DNA of 64,000 bases, from positions 2,560,001 to 2,624,000 of the forward strand of contig OZ242320.1 in NCBI GenBank assembly GCA_965208125.1. The letters are read 5' to 3'. The notes below the pieces were generated by a model that saw only the letters and a list, made by a program, of their open reading frames with translations, was not told where the DNA came from and did no database searches. Below, piece after piece: positions 57,651 through 64,000 of the stretch. Position numbers and translations under genes: made by a program. Each line of letters opens with the position of its first letter. The stretch's first letter is position 1. The DNA comes from Candidatus Latescibacterota bacterium (GTDB lineage: Bacteria > Latescibacterota > UBA2968).

Positions 57651-58655
57651 TCAGATGACCGCCGCTTCATCTATGGAAAAGAGATTTTGTTCAGAGTCAA
57701 GCGTCGCTGTGATACCATTGGGAAGAATCATTTGAGGACTCGTATGCCCGATATCTACTTGTGTCAGGATGGGAAAATCAAATGCCGATGTATAGTAACC
57801 GATCAATGATTGAAGTAACTCTTCCTGGTCTTGAGATAGGTTGTTTATTTTTCCTGTGATCAAACCAGAAATTTTCTCAAAAAGACCGATCTGCTGGCAT
57901 TGTGCAAGGGCTTCCTCGGCATACATAAGAACCGTGTTTCCCATATTGACCTCTTCCAGATAAAGAATTTTACCGTGAAATGAAGGCCAAAATGGAGTAC
58001 CATTCAATATCGGCAGGGTATGGAGATTGCCACCTATAAGAGGTCCCTGCGCTCTGCCACCTTTGAGCCAATGCCAACCAGAATTATTTTTCATTTTGCG
58101 CGGGCTGTCTTCCCTGGGCATATCATCTGTCCAGGTCTCCGGTGCCTCCAATGGTCCCGGGGCGATTGGTGTAAACAGGACATCTTTGATACTTTCGAGT
58201 GTATAACTCAAGGGTTTCGGATATTCGCTGAGACCGTTGAGCAGGGTTGGGCCGTGGAAAGTGACCATATTGAGACGGGCGTAGATGCCAAGTAACAGAG
58301 CTGTATTCGCGCTGTATCCCATCAATATCTTAGGGGAACGCGCAATCAAATCCCAGTCGAGCAAGGGAAGGAGGGCATTGGTACCAGATCCTCCTGAGAG
58401 ACAAAAAATCGCTTTGATGTCCGGGTCAGCAAATAGGTCGTGGAGATCATCGACACGCAATTGGGGGGGGGGATTCAAATGTTCGCGTTGATGGCGTGCG
58501 TTATTCGCTATTTGAACTTTCAAACCGAGATCTTCAATAGCTGCCATGGCGCGGGAAAGCCAATTTTTAGTAAAAGAAAAAAATGAGGCAGCGGGCGATG
58601 CGATTCCCACGGTATCACCGGGTTTTAATCTCGGCGGTTTGATTATGTTACTCAT
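57651..58655 (-). CDS. S66 peptidase (LD-carboxypeptidase / MccF-like)
   Basis: IKPPRLKPGDTVGIASP, GGSG, GYS (Ser), FHGP, GGNL, LEE (Glu), GHT (His); alternative start at 58679. Confidence 0.92.
   Translation of the reverse strand: MSNIIKPPRLKPGDTVGIASPAASFFSFTKNWLSRAMAAIEDLGLKVQIANNARHQREHLNPPPQLRVDDLHDLFADPDIKAIFCLSGGSGTNALLPLLDWDLIARSPKILMGYSANTALLLGIYARLNMVTFHGPTLLNGLSEYPKPLSYTLESIKDVLFTPIAPGPLEAPETWTDDMPREDSPRKMKNNSGWHWLKGGRAQGPLIGGNLHTLPILNGTPFWPSFHGKILYLEEVNMGNTVLMYAEEALAQCQQIGLFEKISGLITGKINNLSQDQEELLQSLIGYYTSAFDFPILTQVDIGHTSPQMILPNGITATLDSEQNLFSIDEAAVI
58543..58655. repeat. 113-bp direct repeat, copy 1 (5' end of the S66 gene)
   Basis: Aligns without gaps to 60047-60159. Confidence 0.92.
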
Positions 58656-58756
58656 ACTCTGAATCTCTGATTTCAACATGCCATTGACTTCCTGTTTTTA
58701 TTTTGTGATTTTAAAAAACAACTTTATATTTTTTAGACAAGCGAGAGGAGGTCTAT

Positions 58757-59359
58757 ATGTCATCTATAAAGATGCCAAAATTTAAAGAACGGAAAGCTGC
58801 TCAAGTTACACGTTTATTCATACAGTGCAATGGTGACAAAAGTTTCAGTACACGCAAACTGCTTAAGTTGATCTATCTTGTTGACAGAAAAGCATTGGAG
58901 CTATGGGGGTTTCCAGTAACCTATGATACGCCCAAAAATCTTCCGTATGAGGGCCTCATGCCTGGCCACACGTATGATCTTATCGATCCTCCAAAAAAGA
59001 AAAGAAATGCCCTGTTTATGTCTGGATCTAGCTACTGGTATCATTATTTTTGCAGGTCCAATGAGGGTCATTATACCATACCAACTGAACTAAATCCAGG
59101 AACAGCAGATCTATCTCGTGCTGAGATTGAGTTGGCCGGGAATATCTTTGATCAATTTGGATATAAGACCGATGAACAATTGGATGATTATTGCCGCACT
59201 TTGCCCGAATCAGGCCATTCAGAAACGCCACACGGGGACATCGATTGGAAGGTTCTTCTTCAGGCTGTTGGTTGGGCAGGTAAGGATTTGGCAGAAATAA
59301 AGAAAGATCTTGAATTTCAGGCAAAATTTGAGGGTCTTATTACGGCAGGAGAAATATGA
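58757..59359 (+). CDS. Panacea (DUF4065/SocA-like) antitoxin
   Basis: FKERKAAQ, KLLKLIYLVDRKAL..WGFPVT.D, TYDLI, LSRAEI. Confidence 0.78.
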   Translation: MSSIKMPKFKERKAAQVTRLFIQCNGDKSFSTRKLLKLIYLVDRKALELWGFPVTYDTPKNLPYEGLMPGHTYDLIDPPKKKRNALFMSGSSYWYHYFCRSNEGHYTIPTELNPGTADLSRAEIELAGNIFDQFGYKTDEQLDDYCRTLPESGHSETPHGDIDWKVLLQAVGWAGKDLAEIKKDLEFQAKFEGLITAGEI

Positions 59360-59748
59360 GCTTAGCGGGTACGTGTGTCGTTCATCCCGATTTTGGAGGT
59401 GAGCATCTATGTATATTCGTGACAGACTATGCAAATTATAGAGATAGCGAGATAGAAGCTGTCATTGTAAACATCACATCCTGGCATCAGAGAAAGGACC
59501 AGACGCTTATTCTTATGCCAGGAGATCACGATTTTATAACCAGAAAATCAGTTGTTGCCTATCGTTCGGCTTGTCTGCTTAAAGAATGGCAGGTCAACCG
59601 TGTTTTATCGTTTGGAACAGAACAGCCCCCGGCATCCAGAAACTTATTGCTTAAAATTGGTAATGGTCTTCTTAGATCTCTCTTTACCCCAGAGGATGTA
59701 AAAGATTTTTATCTTCAATATTCGCGGGATAATAATGGACCTGTATAG
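59356..59748 (+). CDS. Putative toxin, possibly divergent PemK/MazF fold
   Basis: ATGA overlap with the antitoxin; HLCIFV..VIVNITS..D..L.PGDHDFI..S.VAY. Confidence 0.55.
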   Translation: MSLAGTCVVHPDFGGEHLCIFVTDYANYRDSEIEAVIVNITSWHQRKDQTLILMPGDHDFITRKSVVAYRSACLLKEWQVNRVLSFGTEQPPASRNLLLKIGNGLLRSLFTPEDVKDFYLQYSRDNNGPV

Positions 59749-60046
59749 CTGTAATTAGTTAATTTTATAAGGCTTATTTGTGTGTGGCCTATCTCCTGTT
59801 TCTGGCAGGGATAGGCCCTTTCTTTGTGCTCATGATCTGTAATACAATATTGAGGTTCCAGGCAAGCTGTTTTTCTGGCCACTCACGGCGGTACGTTCCC
59901 TTTTTAGTTTTTGTCTTAAATTTATTACACGCTGTGTAATAAATCTGATCGGTCCCTGAGTAAGCGAGATAAACCTCATTTCCACTTACAAGGCAAATAT
60001 CCTTTCCTTTATTTTCACCAGCAAATCCGCAGGCTGTCTGATCTGG

Positions 60047-60159
60047 GCCAGGGCACGGGAAAGCCAATTGTTAGTAAAAGAAAAAAATGAGGCAGCGGGC
60101 GAGGCGATTCCCACAGTATCACCCGGTTTTAATCTCGGCGGTTTGATTGTGTTCTTCAT
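60047..60159 (-). pseudogene. Orphan 5' fragment of the S66 peptidase gene (repeat copy 2)
   Basis: Encodes MKNTIKPPRLKPGDTVGIASPAASFFSFTNNWLSRALA, then diverges. Confidence 0.88.
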
Positions 60160-60231
60160 ATTCTTTTTTAAAATAAAATGTTGCGTATATATTTTACTGG
60201 GTGTGCGTAAATTAGAAACACGCAACAAGAG

Positions 60232-60440
60232 CTATGACAGAAAGCCATCAGCCAAAACCATCACGCACAGCGCGTGAGTCCGTTTCGCAGCGGACATCCG
60301 TTGTCCATCCAAACTCGAAAGGCCACCTTCTTTTGTTTTTGCATACAAACGATTTGCGCTGTGCAAGCCCCCCGCAGGGGCGCCCTTTTTTTGCTTCATT
60401 TTTTTGGGCGCGCAAAAAAATGAAGTCGCCGAAGGCAAAA
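60232..60440. other. Structured non-coding element at the right edge of island 2
   Basis: CTTCATTTTTTTG-GGCGCG-CAAAAAAATGAAG (60394-60425), GTCCG/CGGAC, and the long-range GCACAGCGC/GCGCTGTGC pair. Confidence 0.5.
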
Positions 60441-60565
60441 AAGAAAAATATTAAAAAAACTCTATACGTCGTTATACCACAACAAATGAATTATCCACAC
60501 CCTTCATATATTTAGCGCCTGAAAATAATACGCTATGTATATGTTTTATGCAATAGGGCTATGGA

Positions 60566-61219
60566 ATGAATAAGAAAAATGGATTTAAGCCCATAGTGAT
60601 CGGCATTTCGGGGGGATCCGCCGCGGGCAAGACGACTTTTACGGATATACTATCTGATAGGCTCGCAGATTTTGGACCCGTCGTGCTCAATCAGGACAGC
60701 TATTTCCGCGATTGGTCAGCGCTGCCAGAAGACGAGCGCGAGATCAAGCGGACGGCAAACCATCCGCGGGCTGTGCTGTGGGAGCATTTGATCGCACATG
60801 TGAAATGTTTGCGGGAAGGACAGGCGATTGAAATGCCACCGCCCGGTACGCGGGCTTTTCGGCGAGGAGATGATCCCCAGGAGATTGCGCCTGAGAAGCT
60901 GGTTATTGTGGAAGGGCATTTGATTTTTTCGCAGGAGGCGCTGAGGGCTTTGCTGGATATTAAGCTGTTTTTGGATGTGGATACACACGAACGGGTGCTC
61001 AGGCGCATGTTGCGCAATACGTCGAGTGGGATGTCGCTGGAAGATGCGGTGGCATGGTATCGCCGGGATGTCGTGCCCAATTATCGCGTCTATACGGAGC
61101 CGACGAGTGTGTACGCGGATTTGATCGTGCCGTTTGAAGGGGATGTGCAAGTAGCCGTAGATGTTGTGGCAAATGGCATACGCAGGATGATTGTGGATGG
61201 GAAGGTTCACGATAGATAG
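60566..61219 (+). CDS. Uridine kinase family protein
   Basis: IGISGGSAAGKTT, QDSYF, NHP, IVEG, LLDIKLFLD, EPT..YADLIVP. Confidence 0.85.
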   Translation: MNKKNGFKPIVIGISGGSAAGKTTFTDILSDRLADFGPVVLNQDSYFRDWSALPEDEREIKRTANHPRAVLWEHLIAHVKCLREGQAIEMPPPGTRAFRRGDDPQEIAPEKLVIVEGHLIFSQEALRALLDIKLFLDVDTHERVLRRMLRNTSSGMSLEDAVAWYRRDVVPNYRVYTEPTSVYADLIVPFEGDVQVAVDVVANGIRRMIVDGKVHDR

Positions 61220-61292
61220 CAAGTATGGCTTGCCTCGCGTGTTTTCTGGTCGTAAATTTGTTTGTGATATGTTTGCAAGTCCATGAAAGGAG

Positions 61293-62129
61293 ATGATTAC
61301 TATGACTGTTCAATCCGATTGGGCTGTTCTCACAGATGAACAGCGGCAGTTTTTTGAGGACAATGGGTATCTCTTGATCGAAGACGCGCTGCCACCCGAT
61401 GTTGTCGCCGAACTCAATGCGGCGGCTGATGAAATTTATGACAGGGAAAAGGCTGCTGGTGGCCTGGAGAAAACGGGCAAGCTCAACTTGAGGAACTGCA
61501 TTGTGCATCACGATGCTTTTCTTCAGTTGCTCGACTGGCCGACCACGGCGCCTCTGGCGTGGCAGATCCTCAACTGGAATATCCAGATGATTACCTCGCA
61601 TCTCATTGTTTTGCCCTCTGGTCCAGAGCCTCCGGAAGAGGTAAAGCGCAAGGGTGGGTATCACCGCGATGGCGGTTCGTCTTCCAGAGAGATGACCGAA
61701 CCCCATCCGCGCATTCTGCTCAAAATTGCGTACGCCATCAGCGACCAGACAGATCCCGCATCGGGGGCGACACAACTCGTGCCCGGAAGCAATCGGCTAT
61801 TTGGCAGGCCTGCGATTGATCCGGCAACGGGGCATCCTCGGGGAGCGATCAATATGAATGTCAAGGCGGGTTCGGCATTTATTTTTGAACAGCGCACCTA
61901 TCACGGTATTGGCAAAAACTGGTCGGGCTTTCCGCGCAAGACCATTTTTATGGGCTATGCGTATCGCTGGGTCAAGCCTATGGATTATATCGATATGCCC
62001 GATGAACTCGTTGCCCGCGCAAATCCCATTCAAAAACAACTCCTGGGTGTGGTCTCTGATCCGCTCAGTTTTTATATTCCGCAAGCGCAAGATGTGCCTC
62101 TCAAAGAGCTTGTGGAAGAAGGTGTGTAA
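61293..62129 (+). CDS. PhyH family dioxygenase
   Basis: FFEDNGYL, YHRDG, VPGS, TYHG. Confidence 0.9.
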   Translation: MITMTVQSDWAVLTDEQRQFFEDNGYLLIEDALPPDVVAELNAAADEIYDREKAAGGLEKTGKLNLRNCIVHHDAFLQLLDWPTTAPLAWQILNWNIQMITSHLIVLPSGPEPPEEVKRKGGYHRDGGSSSREMTEPHPRILLKIAYAISDQTDPASGATQLVPGSNRLFGRPAIDPATGHPRGAINMNVKAGSAFIFEQRTYHGIGKNWSGFPRKTIFMGYAYRWVKPMDYIDMPDELVARANPIQKQLLGVVSDPLSFYIPQAQDVPLKELVEEGV

Positions 62130-63836
62130 TTACTCGTCTGTCACACACCCCTCAGAAGCCGTTTTTACGTTTTTGATGTATTTGTAGAGGGTGCCGCGGT
62201 TGGCTTTGTACGGCGGTTGGGTCCAGGCTGAGCGGCGTTTTTCGAGTTCTTCGGCAGAGACGTCCATGTTGATCTCGCCTTTTTGGCTGTCGATGATGAT
62301 CTGATCGCCGGTTTGGACGAGGGCGATGGGGCCGCCTTCGATGGCTTCGGGAACGACGTGGCCGATGAGAAAGCCGTGCGATCCGCCCGAAAAACGCCCA
62401 TCGGTAATTAGCGCGACATCCTGTACCAGCCCCGCGCCGGCCAGTGCGGATGTAGGGGTGAGCATTTCCGGCATGCCGGGTCCGCCTTTGGGGCCTTCGT
62501 AGCGGATGATGATGACATTGCCTTTTTCGATTTTGCCTTGTTCGAGGGCGGCGAGCATGTCTTCCTCGCAGTCGAATACATTGGCCGCGCCTTTGAATAC
62601 CTCGCCTTCTTTGCCCGTGATTTTTCCGACCGAACCTTCCGGTGCCAAATTCCCACGCAAAATTTGCAGATGCCCCGTTGGCTTGATGGGGTCATTAAAG
62701 GGGCTTACGATATCTTGCTGTCCTTCACCCGTGCCATAAGGGGGAAGGCCTTTTATATCGGCGAGATTTTCGGCAATTGTTTTGCCCGTTACTGTCATCT
62801 GGTCGCCGTCGATGAGATTGGCGTCGAGGAGGAGTTTCATCATTGCGGGTGTTCCGCCGATGTCGTGAAGCTCTTCCATGACGTAACGCCCAGAGGGTTT
62901 GAGGTCACACAGGAGGGGTGTTTCGTTGGATATGTGTTGAAATTCGTCGATGTCGAGGTCTATGTCATAAGCCCGGGCAATGGCGAGCAGGTGGAGCACG
63001 ATATTGGTGGAGCCGCCCGTGACAACGGCGAGGCGAATGGCGTTGAGAAAGGATTGCTTGGTGACGATGTCGCGCGGTTTGAGGTCGGCTTCGAGCAGGG
63101 CGCGAACAGCGTGACCGGCGTGGATACATTCGGTGTGTTTGTCGGGGTCTTCGGCGGGTGTGCAGGAGGAATAGGGCAAGGAGAGGCCCATGCATTCGAT
63201 GGCGCTGGCCATGGTATTGGCGGTGTACATGCCGCCGCAGGCACCGGCACCGGGGCAGGCGTGTTCGACGATTTCCTGGCGTTCGGCATCGCTGAGCGAG
63301 TCTGTGAGAAATTCGCCGTAGCTTTGAAAGGCAGAGACGATGTCGAGTTTGCGTTCTTCGCCTTGAATGGTGGCGCAACCTGGTTTTATTGTGCCGCCGT
63401 AGATCATCAGGGCAGGGCGGTTGAGGCGGCCCATTGCCATGACCACGCCGGGCATGTTTTTGTCGCAGCCGGGCAGTGCGATCAGGCCATCGTACCATTG
63501 CGCGCCCATGAGGGTTTCGATGGAGTCGGCTATGAGGTCGCGGGATTGAAGGGAGAAGGACATGCCGTCTGTGCCCATGGATATGCCGTCGGATACGCCG
63601 ATGGTGTTGAAGCGCAGGCCAACGCATCCGGCTTCGGTGACGCCTTTTTTTGTTTCGGCGGCGAGGTCGTTGAGGTGCATGTTGCACGGGTTGCCTTCAT
63701 ACCAGACCGAGGCGATGCCGACCTGCGCTTTGTCCATGTCGGCGCGCGTCAGTCCGGTGGCATAGAGCATGGCCTGAGATCCGCCCTGGGATTTTCTCTG
63801 GGTGATTTGTGAGCTGTACTTATTCAGTTTTGCCAT
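62130..63836 (-). CDS. ilvD: Dihydroxy-acid dehydratase
   Basis: [58 protein letters not shown]. Confidence 0.97.
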   Translation of the reverse strand: MAKLNKYSSQITQRKSQGGSQAMLYATGLTRADMDKAQVGIASVWYEGNPCNMHLNDLAAETKKGVTEAGCVGLRFNTIGVSDGISMGTDGMSFSLQSRDLIADSIETLMGAQWYDGLIALPGCDKNMPGVVMAMGRLNRPALMIYGGTIKPGCATIQGEERKLDIVSAFQSYGEFLTDSLSDAERQEIVEHACPGAGACGGMYTANTMASAIECMGLSLPYSSCTPAEDPDKHTECIHAGHAVRALLEADLKPRDIVTKQSFLNAIRLAVVTGGSTNIVLHLLAIARAYDIDLDIDEFQHISNETPLLCDLKPSGRYVMEELHDIGGTPAMMKLLLDANLIDGDQMTVTGKTIAENLADIKGLPPYGTGEGQQDIVSPFNDPIKPTGHLQILRGNLAPEGSVGKITGKEGEVFKGAANVFDCEEDMLAALEQGKIEKGNVIIIRYEGPKGGPGMPEMLTPTSALAGAGLVQDVALITDGRFSGGSHGFLIGHVVPEAIEGGPIALVQTGDQIIIDSQKGEINMDVSAEELEKRRSAWTQPPYKANRGTLYKYIKNVKTASEGCVTDE

Positions 63837-63929
63837 TGAAGATTTCCTTTCGTAGATGAACTTTGTCTTATTTTTTCGAGGTTGTAATTTAACCGAATTG
63901 TGGGAGACGTGTCAACAAGGGTGTGGAAT

Positions 63930-64000
63930 ATGGCTGACTATGTGTTGCAGGATTATTTGCGCGTGGGACTGAATTTGGTGTTTGTGGGGTTTAATCCGAG
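63930..64000 (+). CDS. Mismatch-specific uracil-DNA glycosylase (Mug-like), N-terminal fragment
   Basis: MADYVLQDYLRVGLNLVFVGFNP matches the Mug/TDG L.D....L..VF.G.NP start; cut by the window end. Confidence 0.65.
   Translation, partial: MADYVLQDYLRVGLNLVFVGFNP

Noticed and set aside
51640-60500. Integrative element with tRNA-Glu as attachment site
   Set aside because: No integrase, and I could not see a duplicated tRNA 3' end; kept only as a tRNA-adjacent island
1145-62129. Fe/2OG halogenase among the PhyH paralogues
   Set aside because: All eight keep HxD; none shows the HxG/HxA halogenase substitution
62538-63812. 424-aa plus-strand ORF (and similar ORFs at 11391, 13767, 15794, 27425)
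   Set aside because: Antisense to clearly recognisable genes such as ilvD
1-64000. CRISPR array, cas genes, transposase, reverse transcriptase
   Set aside because: No regularly spaced repeat-spacer structure or diagnostic motifs seen; the repeats are isolated REP-like hairpins

Overview
Bacterial chromosomal window. The backbone is catabolic: 8 PhyH-family Fe(II)/2OG dioxygenases, 6 Gfo/Idh/MocA oxidoreductases, 2 sulfatase-fold proteins, SDRs, a Baeyer-Villiger monooxygenase and a MaoC/CitE/CaiB trio, plus ssb, ilvD, a uridine kinase, tRNA-Arg(ACG) and tRNA-Glu(CTC). This profile resembles sponge-associated Poribacteria/Latescibacterota-type genomes (inference only). Two AT-richer accessory islands interrupt it. 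Island 1 (~36.0-44.1 kb) holds a three-gene cassette (SNF2 helicase, small putative DNA-reader, sacsin-like GHKL ATPase with a degenerate HNH/Zn C-terminus) wedged between broken toxin-antitoxin genes. Island 2 (~51.8-60.4 kb, directly after tRNA-Glu) holds a DUF4365-nuclease-APAZ plus short, catalytically inactive Argonaute (SPARDA-type), followed by an HTH-ImmA/IrrE peptidase and a PIN protein, TA remnants, an S66 peptidase and a Panacea-type TA pair bracketed by a 113-bp direct repeat. The most unusual backbone gene is an ECF sigma factor fused to a DnaN (beta-clamp) domain II-III-like module. Several REP-like palindromes are present; no CRISPR array, integrase or transposase was seen. All family calls come from motif reading, not database searches.
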